Positions 50,440-58,950 of a stretch of 62,301 nt of DNA are shown here, piece by piece. The stretch lies in sequence record SRR20825019_2768; one strand, written 5' to 3'. The notes under the pieces were generated by a model, which searched no databases, was not told the origin of the DNA, and was given only the letters and a program-made list of their open reading frames with translations. Position 1 is the first letter of the stretch. Each line of letters opens with the position of its first letter. The position numbers and the translations under genes were made by a program.

Positions 50440-50525
50440 TCGCGCTTTCCTGACGTAGTTGTGACATGACGGCCAGTGGTATCCTCGGGTATCACTGGTC
50501 AACTGCAATTTAAAAGAGGCTATCC

Positions 50526-52610
50526 GTGCGTCTGCTGAAATCCCTTATCGCGGCTGTTGCCGTTTTCATGATGCTGAACGTAACCGTTCAAGCCGCGCCG
50601 CTGGCTGAGATTGAAGCCAGTCATAGCACGCTGCGCATCTACAGCGAGTTGGACGGCCTGAAGCCCTATAACAGGCAGTGGCTGGCGGTTGAGATCACAC
50701 CAAGGGACGGTTGGCATAGTTACTGGAAAAACCCGGGCGATAGCGGTGCAGCGCCTATCCTTGACTGGAAACAGGGCAGCTACGCAGAGGCTATGATCTT
50801 TAGCGAGCCACTTTTCCCAACACCAAAGCTTATCCCTGTAGGGCCGCTTGCCAATTATGGCTATGACGGCGCGAGTGTGTTGCTGGTGGAGATGCTGACG
50901 GGCGACACGAGCGCAGCCATCACACTGGAAGCCGAATGGCTGATCTGTGAGGTGGAATGTGTTCCGCAGTTTGGTACACTTGACTTCAGCCTGCCTAGAA
51001 AAGACGACGCGTCGCTTGGCGATGAGGCGCTACTTTTCAGCGATGCGCGCGCCAAAATGCCCGAACCACCATATTGGGGTGGCCTGTTGAGCGTTGAGGG
51101 AACGTCGTCAACGCTGACCGTTTATGCTGACAAGGCTGATATGCCAACGCTCGAAAAGGCGGCCTTTTTTGCGGGGCATGAAGGTGTTTTGAATTACGCC
51201 ACACCTCAAAACTGGTTTTGGGGCGAAAAGGGACTGGTGATTGAGCTGCCGCGGGACGCAGGTGCCCCGACGCCGAAAGCCGCAGATGGCTTGCTTTTTT
51301 TGACAAGCATGCAGGGTGAAACCACGGCCTATAAGCTCGACCCGATGCTCAAAATCGCATTGGAGAATACACGCCACACCGCCGCCACAAAAACCGACAC
51401 ACTTTTGCCTACAGAAAGCATGCCAGTGTGGCGCGCGGCGCTCTTTGCGCTCCTCGGCGGTTTGATCCTGAATTTGATGCCTTGTGTGTTCCCGATCCTC
51501 TCGCTGAAGGCCTTCTCGTTCATCTCGGCCAACTATAAAACCGAAGCCAAACGCCGGTTTGAGGGCGTTGCTTACACGCTGGGTATTTGGGTCAGCTTCA
51601 TGGCGATTGTGGCGGTTCTCTTGGCTTTACGCGCGGGCGGCGCTGCCATCGGCTGGGGTTTTCAGCTACAGGAACCGTTGTTTGTGGCCCTTATGGTGCT
51701 TCTGATGACGCTGGTGGCGCTCTCGCTTTCCGGCATGTTTGATATCCGGCTTGGTATTGAGGGTGCAGGGCAGGGCTTTGCATCACGCGAAGGGGCACAA
51801 GGCGCGTTCTTCAAGGGCGTGCTGGCAGCACTTGTTGCAACGCCGTGCACCGCGCCCCTGATGGCTCCCGCTATCGGCTTTGCGCTAACCCAGCCTATTA
51901 TAACGGTTTTTGTCGTCTTCAGCTTGCTTGCGGTTGGCATGGCGCTGCCATTTCTGGCGCTTGCCTTCATCCCGGCTGTGGCCCGGGTCATGCCAAAACC
52001 GGGTGCCTGGATGGAAAAGATGAAGGAGGCGCTAGCCTTCCCGATGTATCTGACAGCGGCGTGGCTTCTTTATATCTTCGATCGGCAGTTGGGTGCGGTT
52101 GCGACCTTCCTGCTGCTGGTCGGGCTGGTGATTTGCATTTTTGGTGTTTGGCTTGCCAAACAAGGGCAGGGGCGAGTCCTTAAAGCTTTTGCGCTGCTCG
52201 TGATTCTTGGCAGTATAGGCTTTGTTGCCAGCAAACCCTGGGCCAGCCTGCTGGAAAGCGGGAGCGAGGCCAGCGAAGCAGAGCTCGCCTACTCAGGGGA
52301 GACCCTGGCGGCCCTTAGGGCCGAGGGCAAGCCTGTGTTCGTATATTTCACCGCAGACTGGTGCATCACCTGTAAAGTGAATGAAAAAGTTGTCTTGATG
52401 ACGGATGATATTCAGCAACTGTTTAAAGACAAGGGTATCACCGTCCTCAAGGGGGACTGGACCAACAGAAATGCAGAGATCGCAGGCGTTCTAGCCAACT
52501 ATGGCCGCGCAGGCGTACCGCTTTATCTTTATTATGCGCCGGGATCGAAGGACGCAGTATTGCTGCCTGAAATCCTGACACCTGGCGCTGTTCATGACGC
52601 TATAAGCTAG
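50526..52610 (+). CDS. DsbD-family (ScsB-like) transmembrane electron transporter
   Basis: GWHSYWKNPGDSG and CEVEC periplasmic domain, NLMPCVFP and ATPCTAP TM cysteines, C-terminal WCITC thioredoxin. Confidence 0.92.
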   Translation: MRLLKSLIAAVAVFMMLNVTVQAAPLAEIEASHSTLRIYSELDGLKPYNRQWLAVEITPRDGWHSYWKNPGDSGAAPILDWKQGSYAEAMIFSEPLFPTPKLIPVGPLANYGYDGASVLLVEMLTGDTSAAITLEAEWLICEVECVPQFGTLDFSLPRKDDASLGDEALLFSDARAKMPEPPYWGGLLSVEGTSSTLTVYADKADMPTLEKAAFFAGHEGVLNYATPQNWFWGEKGLVIELPRDAGAPTPKAADGLLFLTSMQGETTAYKLDPMLKIALENTRHTAATKTDTLLPTESMPVWRAALFALLGGLILNLMPCVFPILSLKAFSFISANYKTEAKRRFEGVAYTLGIWVSFMAIVAVLLALRAGGAAIGWGFQLQEPLFVALMVLLMTLVALSLSGMFDIRLGIEGAGQGFASREGAQGAFFKGVLAALVATPCTAPLMAPAIGFALTQPIITVFVVFSLLAVGMALPFLALAFIPAVARVMPKPGAWMEKMKEALAFPMYLTAAWLLYIFDRQLGAVATFLLLVGLVICIFGVWLAKQGQGRVLKAFALLVILGSIGFVASKPWASLLESGSEASEAELAYSGETLAALRAEGKPVFVYFTADWCITCKVNEKVVLMTDDIQQLFKDKGITVLKGDWTNRNAEIAGVLANYGRAGVPLYLYYAPGSKDAVLLPEILTPGAVHDAIS

Positions 52611-52621
52611 AGGAGCAAGTG

Positions 52622-53245
52622 ATGAAAAAGACTTTTTTACAATCTCTTAGTGTTGCTTTTGTATGTTCTGCTTTCACTGTTGGAGCGATGGCTGACCCGG
52701 TGATTGGCCAGCCAGCTCCCACCTTTGAAGGCATGGCGACGGACGGCACGACCATCTCGCTTGAGGACCTCAAGGGCAAGCCTGTGATGCTTGAATGGAC
52801 CAACCATGGCTGCCCCTATGTTCAGAAACATTATGATGGCGGCAATATGCAGAAAACCCAGAGAGCACTTACGGAAGACGGCGTGGTCTGGCTTTCGATT
52901 ATCTCAAGCGCACCGGGCACGCAAGGATATGTCAGCCCTGAAGAAGCTGATGAGCTGACAGCTTCGCGAGGTGCTTATCCAAGCCATGTTATCCTTGATC
53001 CGGAAGGCAAAATCGGTCGTTTGTATGACGCCAAAACCACCCCGCACATGTTCCTGATAGATGCCTCCGGCACGCTGGAATACATGGGCGCGATTGATGA
53101 CAAGCCTTCTGCGCGGCCATCTTCACTTGAGGGCGCTCATAATTATGCGCTCGCCGCATGGGAAGAAGTGAAGGCCGGAGAGGCCGTGAGCGAAAACAAC
53201 ACCAAGCCTTATGGCTGCACAGTTAAATACGGTGATGCGCATTAG
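52622..53245 (+). CDS. Exported peroxiredoxin-like redoxin (AhpC/TSA fold)
   Basis: Signal peptide, EWTNHGCPYV, A.TTPH, Y.GAIDD, YGCTVKY. Confidence 0.88.
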   Translation: MKKTFLQSLSVAFVCSAFTVGAMADPVIGQPAPTFEGMATDGTTISLEDLKGKPVMLEWTNHGCPYVQKHYDGGNMQKTQRALTEDGVVWLSIISSAPGTQGYVSPEEADELTASRGAYPSHVILDPEGKIGRLYDAKTTPHMFLIDASGTLEYMGAIDDKPSARPSSLEGAHNYALAAWEEVKAGEAVSENNTKPYGCTVKYGDAH

Positions 53246-53297
53246 GTTTGGGCTTTGGGCGCAAGATTTTTGAGAAGTTTCAGCACGATAGCCAAAA

Positions 53298-53312
53298 TTA
53301 AAGGTGTGTTAA
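53298..53312. promoter_or_regulatory. CtrA-binding box upstream of motA
   Basis: TTAA-AGGTGTG-TTAA, an exact TTAA-N7-TTAA match, about 95 nt before the motA ATG. Confidence 0.75.
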
Positions 53313-53407
53313 GGCTATTGATTGAGACTGAATGCGCTGTAAGATGCACAAAAGCGGATGTGACGTACAGTAAGCGTAGATAACCCAAGGCAAGGCAGGC
53401 ACGCCCT

Positions 53408-54277
53408 ATGTTTCTAATCATTGGTCTCGTTATTGTCCTCGTGATGGTATTCGGCGGCTTTGCTATGGCAGGCGGTAAGTTCGGTATCATCGTGAAGGCC
53501 TTGCCATTTGAGTTGATGATCATCTTTGGTGGTTCCATCGGTGCTTTCATCAGTGCGAACTCGACCGGGGTGATCAAAGGCGCGCTTAGCGGCGTCGGCA
53601 AGGTCATGAAGGGTCCGCACTGGAAGGCCGATGATTACCGCGACCTATTGTGCCTCATGTTCCTGCTGACCAAAACCATCCGCAGCAAGGGTGTTGTGGC
53701 GATTGAAGCGCACATCGAAAACCCTGAAGAATCCAAGATTTTCCAGCAGTTTCCTCGCATCGTTGAGGATCATCACGTTGTTGAATTCATCTGCGATTAT
53801 ATTCGCATGCTGACCATGAACTTTGATGATCCCAACCAGATGGAAGATGCGATGAACGCGGATCTTGATAAGCATCACGCGGAAGAGCATGAGCCGCAGC
53901 ATGCCCTGCAGGTCATGGCTGATGGCTTGCCCGCTGTGGGCATTGTTGCCGCGGTGCTTGGTATTATCAAAACCATGGCGGCTATTGCTGAGCCGGTAGA
54001 AGTACTCGGCGGTATGGTTGGTAGTGCGCTTGTGGGTACCTTCCTTGGTATTTTCCTCTCATACCTGATGATCGCCCCCATTGCGGGCCGGTTGAACCAG
54101 ATTCTGACGGAAGATGGCCAGTTCATGCAGCTTATCAAGATCGTGCTGGTATCTCATCTGCAGGGTAACCCACCACAGATTTCGGTTGAACTTGGCCGAC
54201 GTAACGTGCCGAGCCACCTGATGCCTACTTTCATCGAACTGGAAGAGGCAATCGCCGAGCTGCCGCCTGACATTTAA
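53408..54277 (+). CDS. motA: Flagellar stator protein MotA (no adjacent motB)
   Basis: IR.KG..AIE.HIENP, ADGLPAVGIVAAVLG, SALVGTFLGI, VE.GR. Confidence 0.95.
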   Translation: MFLIIGLVIVLVMVFGGFAMAGGKFGIIVKALPFELMIIFGGSIGAFISANSTGVIKGALSGVGKVMKGPHWKADDYRDLLCLMFLLTKTIRSKGVVAIEAHIENPEESKIFQQFPRIVEDHHVVEFICDYIRMLTMNFDDPNQMEDAMNADLDKHHAEEHEPQHALQVMADGLPAVGIVAAVLGIIKTMAAIAEPVEVLGGMVGSALVGTFLGIFLSYLMIAPIAGRLNQILTEDGQFMQLIKIVLVSHLQGNPPQISVELGRRNVPSHLMPTFIELEEAIAELPPDI

Positions 54278-54304
54278 GTTTTCTCGAGAAAAACAATGAC
54301 GAGC

Positions 54305-54340
54305 GCGCGGCCATAGATCAAAATGGTCGCGCTTTTATTT
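54305..54340 (+). terminator. Intrinsic terminator after motA
   Basis: GCGCGGCCAT pairs with ATGGTCGCGC, followed by TTTTATTT. Confidence 0.7.
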
Positions 54341-54371
54341 GTCCCACATCAAACGCAAACACGGTGACACC

Positions 54372-55499
54372 ATGACACAGAGCAGAAAAATTCGGGTCGG
54401 TATTCTTGGCGCAAGCGGTTATACAGGCGCTGATCTCGTGCGGCTTCTTGTCCGCCATCCCAACGTTGAAATTGCGCTGATGACGGCTGAACGCAAGGCT
54501 GGCATGCCGATTGGCGATGTGTTCCCGCACCTGATGGGGCTTGGCTTGCCGGACCTTATTGGCCTTGATGAGGTGGAATGGCACGGCGTTGAACTGGATG
54601 TGGTTTTCTGTGCGCTCCCACATGCCACCAGTCAGGAAGTGATCAAGGGTCTGCTGCACGCCACCAAACACAGCCTGCTTGATGAATTGATAGTGGAAAC
54701 GAGGGCAGACCTGGCGTCTTCCTTTGAAGGCGAGGTCAAGATCATTGATCTCTCTGCGGATTTCCGCCTGCGGGATACGGAAACATACGCCGAGTGGTAC
54801 GGCCGCGAGCACGGCGCACCAGAACTGCAGCCAAAGGCGGTCTACGGCTTACCAGAAATTAACCGGGAGGCAGTTAAACCAGCCAGCCTTGTGGCGTGCC
54901 CAGGATGTTATCCAACGGCCGCACTGCTTGCTCTGATCCCCGCACTCCGCAGCGGTGTTATCACCTCTGAAGATATTATCATTGATGCCAAGTCAGGTGT
55001 ATCCGGCGCCGGGCGTTCGCTTAAAGAACCAAACCTTTTTGTTGAGGTGTCTGAGGCCATGCATCCATACGGCATTGGTCATCACAGGCATATGCCTGAG
55101 ATTGAGCAGGAGCTGTCGCTCGCGGCGGGGCAGGCGGTATCGATCAGCTTTACACCCCATCTTGTGCCGATGAATCGTGGCGAGTTGGAAACCATCTACG
55201 TCAAACTCGCAGATGGTAAAACAGCTGCTGACCTCAAAAATGACCTCGTTGAGTTTTATGCGAATGAGCCGTTTGTCTCCGTTCTCGCGGACGGTGTAGC
55301 GCCTGCAACGCGCATGGTTCGGGGCTCTAATGGGTGCGTTATCAACGTGTTTGAGGATCGGCTTAAAAATCGCGCTATCATCGTTTCTGCTATCGATAAT
55401 CTCGTGAAAGGCTCCTCTGGTCAGGCAATCCAGAACATGAACCTGATGATGGGCTTTGACGAGATGGCAGGGCTTGAACAGGTTGCCATGTTCCCATGA
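54372..55499 (+). CDS. argC: N-acetyl-gamma-glutamyl-phosphate reductase
   Basis: GASGYTG, ALPH, DLSADFRL, PGCYPT, SGVSGAG, DNLVKGSSGQA. Confidence 0.96.
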   Translation: MTQSRKIRVGILGASGYTGADLVRLLVRHPNVEIALMTAERKAGMPIGDVFPHLMGLGLPDLIGLDEVEWHGVELDVVFCALPHATSQEVIKGLLHATKHSLLDELIVETRADLASSFEGEVKIIDLSADFRLRDTETYAEWYGREHGAPELQPKAVYGLPEINREAVKPASLVACPGCYPTAALLALIPALRSGVITSEDIIIDAKSGVSGAGRSLKEPNLFVEVSEAMHPYGIGHHRHMPEIEQELSLAAGQAVSISFTPHLVPMNRGELETIYVKLADGKTAADLKNDLVEFYANEPFVSVLADGVAPATRMVRGSNGCVINVFEDRLKNRAIIVSAIDNLVKGSSGQAIQNMNLMMGFDEMAGLEQVAMFP

Positions 55500-56089
55500 C
55501 GGACGGCACGACGTACCCGCTATTCAGGGATACCAATCTCGGCGGTCGCTTGAGCCCTTTTAAGGGTCAGTGGCCGCGCATTGCAGAAAGCGCTTATGTC
55601 TTTCATGGCGCGCAAGTGGTGGGGGATGTCGAGATTGGCGAGAGCACCAGCGTTTGGCATAACTGTGTGCTGCGTGGTGATGTGAACCTTATCCGTATCG
55701 GCAGCCGCACCAACATTCAGGACGGTACGGTTATCCATGTGAGTACAAACACTTACCCGACAATTGTCGGCGATGACGTGCTTATAGCCCATATGGCGAT
55801 GCTTCATGGCTGTACGCTTGAAGATAATGCCTTCGTGGGCATGGGGGCGATTGTCATGGATAACACGGTGATTGAACCTGATGGCATGTTGGCGGCCGGT
55901 GCCATGTTAACACCCGGAAAGCGAGTGAGAAGTGGTGAACTGTGGGCCGGAAGCCCAGCCAAGTTCATGCGCAAGGTGACACCACAGGAGCTGGAGAAGA
56001 ACCGCAGCATGGCTGAGCACTATCGTCGCCTTGCCGAGCAGCACCGCCTTGATAGCCAGGGAATAGCCACCGACCAGCCCTATCCCTAG
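55496..56089 (+). CDS. Gamma carbonic anhydrase family hexapeptide-repeat protein
   Basis: LRGDVN, NIQD..VIH, AH..MLHGC, WAGSPA. Confidence 0.93.
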   Translation: MTDGTTYPLFRDTNLGGRLSPFKGQWPRIAESAYVFHGAQVVGDVEIGESTSVWHNCVLRGDVNLIRIGSRTNIQDGTVIHVSTNTYPTIVGDDVLIAHMAMLHGCTLEDNAFVGMGAIVMDNTVIEPDGMLAAGAMLTPGKRVRSGELWAGSPAKFMRKVTPQELEKNRSMAEHYRRLAEQHRLDSQGIATDQPYP

Positions 56090-56266
56090 GGGTGCATTGG
56101 TATGCAAAAGCCTCTCGGATAGGGCGAGGCTGGTCACATTGCCGCAAGCACCAAATAATAATAAAATATTGATGTAAGTGGCATTGATTTTGCGCCCTTG
56201 TTTCGCTAGCAAGACACTCCAAGTTATTGCTTGTCTTAGTATTTTTAGCGACAAAGAGGTATCCCC

Positions 56267-56887
56267 ATGACTTTTCAACTCCCCAAACTTCCATACGAAC
56301 AAGATGCCCTTGAACCCCATATTTCAAAAGAGACGCTCGGTTTTCACTATGGCAAGCACCACAATGCCTATGTGACCAACCTGAACGGACTTGTTGAAGG
56401 CACCGAGTTTGAAGGTAAGAGCCTCGAAGACATCATGCTGGCGACGGCAGGCAAGGCTGACAGGGCGGGCATTTTCAATAACGCGGCTCAGGTATGGAAC
56501 CACACCTTTTATTGGCACTCAATGACGCCAAACGGTGGCGGCGAAGCAACCGGCGCGCTGGCAGAAAAAATCAAAGCTGATTTCGGCAGCTTTGAAGCTT
56601 TTGCAGACGAGTTCAAAAAGGCTGGAGCCACACAGTTTGGTTCAGGCTGGGCCTGGCTTGTGTTGAACAAGGACGGCAAACTTGAGGTGACCAAAACATT
56701 GAATGCTGAATGCCCGCTCACAGATGGTAACACACCGCTTCTGACCATGGATGTATGGGAGCACGCTTATTATCTCGACTTCCAGAACCGTCGCCCAGAT
56801 TATATTGCGACATTCCTCTCGAGCTTGGTGAACTGGCAGTTTGCAGCTGAGAACTACAGCGCAGCGACAGCCAAAGCTGCTGAATAG
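56267..56887 (+). CDS. sodB: Fe superoxide dismutase
   Basis: [15 protein letters not shown] (Fe-type AAQ), [15 protein letters not shown]. Confidence 0.95.
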   Translation: MTFQLPKLPYEQDALEPHISKETLGFHYGKHHNAYVTNLNGLVEGTEFEGKSLEDIMLATAGKADRAGIFNNAAQVWNHTFYWHSMTPNGGGEATGALAEKIKADFGSFEAFADEFKKAGATQFGSGWAWLVLNKDGKLEVTKTLNAECPLTDGNTPLLTMDVWEHAYYLDFQNRRPDYIATFLSSLVNWQFAAENYSAATAKAAE

Positions 56888-56905
56888 TCTGTTTGATCAT
56901 AGAAT

Positions 56906-56936
56906 AAAAAAAGGGCCGGAAAACCGGCCCTTTTCT
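56906..56936. terminator. Bidirectional terminator between sodB and the convergent gene
   Basis: AAAAAAAGGGCCGG-aaaa-CCGGCCCTTTT. Confidence 0.88.
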
Positions 56937-56963
56937 ATTGGTCTCTTGTCGATCAGAGCCGAA

Positions 56964-57545
56964 TTACCAGCCAGCCGCGCCGTTCTGTGCGCTCACCATG
57001 CAATAGAGCATTGGGATCGAGAGCATCGTGTTTGTACGGCTGAACAGCATCGCCTTACGCGCTGCTGCTGGTTTCGCATCAGCTTCAGCCTCAACAATGC
57101 CCAAAGCGATCTTTTGGTTTGGCCAGATGATGAACCAAACATTGAACCACATGATAATGGCAAGCCACATACCGATACCAATTGAGCGGAAACCTTCCCC
57201 AAGGCTCAGCGCATCAACAATATAGCCGTTAGCGGAAGCGAGCCAAAGGCCGCTCAACAGTGTGAACATTGCACCCCACCGGAACCACCATAATGCCTTG
57301 GGAGCAATGTGTTTACCGATCGCAGGTTTCATTTCATCCGGAATAGACGGCATCGTTGGAATTTGAATAAAGTTGAAATACCAAAGGATACCTATCCACA
57401 TAATGCCGGACAGCACGTGAATATAGCGCGCATAGAAAGATATGTCATAAGCTACGCCGCCCTGCATCATGACGCCCAGTAAGATGGCCATCAGAACAAA
57501 GCCTACAATCACTGTGTTTTGCAGCGATTCAAGAATTTTTCCCAT
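56964..57545 (-). CDS. PuuD/Urate_ox_N-like membrane protein, short form without cytochrome c domain
   Basis: R..HVL.GI.WIG...YFN, ALWWFRW, MWFNVW..IWPNQK, SRTNT..S.PM. Confidence 0.75.
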   Translation of the reverse strand: MGKILESLQNTVIVGFVLMAILLGVMMQGGVAYDISFYARYIHVLSGIMWIGILWYFNFIQIPTMPSIPDEMKPAIGKHIAPKALWWFRWGAMFTLLSGLWLASANGYIVDALSLGEGFRSIGIGMWLAIIMWFNVWFIIWPNQKIALGIVEAEADAKPAAARKAMLFSRTNTMLSIPMLYCMVSAQNGAAGW

Positions 57546-57719
57546 TTTCTAGCTCCCCAATTTGCAGACGCAAATATTGTGTTGGAGGGTAAATCTTACC
57601 GTTCCGGTCATTGTTTCACAAGAAAAACAATGACATGACGACCTTCATCGGTAGGGAGGCGCCTTTTATACGCTGGATTTCGTTTGATTTTGCACGCATG
57701 TCGCGCCATGTTCCGGCGC

Positions 57720-58559
57720 ATGGAAAAAGGCCAGACAAATAGCGAGTATTGCCGGACTATGGTTCGCGATGACGATATTGAGCGTTACTATTCAACGCTC
57801 TTTGCGCCGAGCGAACGCCAAGCGGACCTTTGGGCCATATATGCCTTCAATCAGGAAGTGGCAAAAACCAGAGAGAGTGTATCAGAGCCGATGATTGGCG
57901 AGATACGCCTTCAGTGGTGGCGGGAGGCGCTTGAGGGCATTACAGCAGGCACTCCACGCGAGCATCCTGTCGTGCAGGCGCTTGCCGCTGTTCCGAACTT
58001 TACTCAGATATCATTTCACCTTCAGCAGGTGATTGAGGGTAGGGCGCAGGATCTGTACGGTGAGGGTGATGTAAGCTTTAAAGCGCTTAAAAGCTATTCA
58101 GAGCAAACTGGTGGGACGTTGAGTAAGGCAGCTGGCCTGGCTCTCGCGCCAGATGCATCACCAAACACGCTTGATGGGCTAAATGCATCCGGCTGTGCGT
58201 GGGCGATGCTTGGCATTATCAGAGCGTTACCGTTCCAGCTTACTGACAATAAAGAGTTCTCGGTGTTTGGTGAGCTCGGGCAATCTCTCTCCGGGCTCAA
58301 GAAAGGCGATATCGCTATACGCCTGCAGCCTATGCTGGACGAGATGACCGCTTATGTTAGCGATCAGTTGAGGCTGAGTGAGAAGGCGAGCACTGAGAAG
58401 GCGGCACGACCGGTTATGGCACTTAATAGCCTGAGCAGGAAACACCTGAAGGCGCTTAAGAGAGCTGGCGGCAGTCCGTTTGATATGCACGTCCATGAGA
58501 TCGGGAATGTAAGACGGCTTCTGACCTTGTTTTCATATCATCTTCTGAGAATACACTAA
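57720..58559 (+). CDS. Squalene/phytoene synthase-fold protein, NDUFAF6-like (start uncertain)
   Basis: YAFNQE, EPMIGEIRLQWWREAL, HPV; lacks DDxxD motifs. Confidence 0.82.
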   Translation: MEKGQTNSEYCRTMVRDDDIERYYSTLFAPSERQADLWAIYAFNQEVAKTRESVSEPMIGEIRLQWWREALEGITAGTPREHPVVQALAAVPNFTQISFHLQQVIEGRAQDLYGEGDVSFKALKSYSEQTGGTLSKAAGLALAPDASPNTLDGLNASGCAWAMLGIIRALPFQLTDNKEFSVFGELGQSLSGLKKGDIAIRLQPMLDEMTAYVSDQLRLSEKASTEKAARPVMALNSLSRKHLKALKRAGGSPFDMHVHEIGNVRRLLTLFSYHLLRIH

Positions 58560-58587
58560 AAGCCCGCATCTCATACGAGGTGCAGGC
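58558..58587 (-). terminator. Terminator for the small minus-strand gene
   Basis: Minus strand GCCTGCACCTC-gtat-GAGATGCGGGC then TTTT; one mismatch in the stem. Confidence 0.6.
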
Positions 58588-58611
58588 CTAAACGTTTTCA
58601 CGCAAACCAAG

Positions 58612-58794
58612 TCAGGCTTGGATATCTACTCTTTCACCCACGCCCGGGCCAGTAGAAGAAGGCTCGATCTCTTTACGTTCGATCGTGCTGTCTTCTGCAG
58701 ACTTCCGCTCAGTCGCGGCTGATTCAAGTGACCCTGAACGCCCAGCAGCCGAAACATCGGCGGCGTTGGCAGTGGATGCTCCTTGAATATCCAT
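58612..58794 (-). CDS. 60-aa small protein with YjfB-like C-terminal motif
   Basis: AGGAG RBS before MDIQGAS, C-terminus GPGVGERVDIQA, own terminator. Confidence 0.65.
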   Translation of the reverse strand: MDIQGASTANAADVSAAGRSGSLESAATERKSAEDSTIERKEIEPSSTGPGVGERVDIQA

Positions 58795-58950
58795 ACAATT
58801 TGCTCCTATCCGCGTGCGTTTACCCATGACACACGCTCTCTCAACAAGTAAGACTGTACACTATATGGGCACAAAACCCAAGATTTAAAGAATTCTGCCG
58901 GTTTGTGCGGTATTTGGCAGAACGCCAATGAGGGCTTTAGGGGTGTGTGA

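Noticed and set aside
56150-56260. AT-rich sodB upstream region as a Fur/Irr/RirA site
   Set aside because: No convincing match to those boxes by eye
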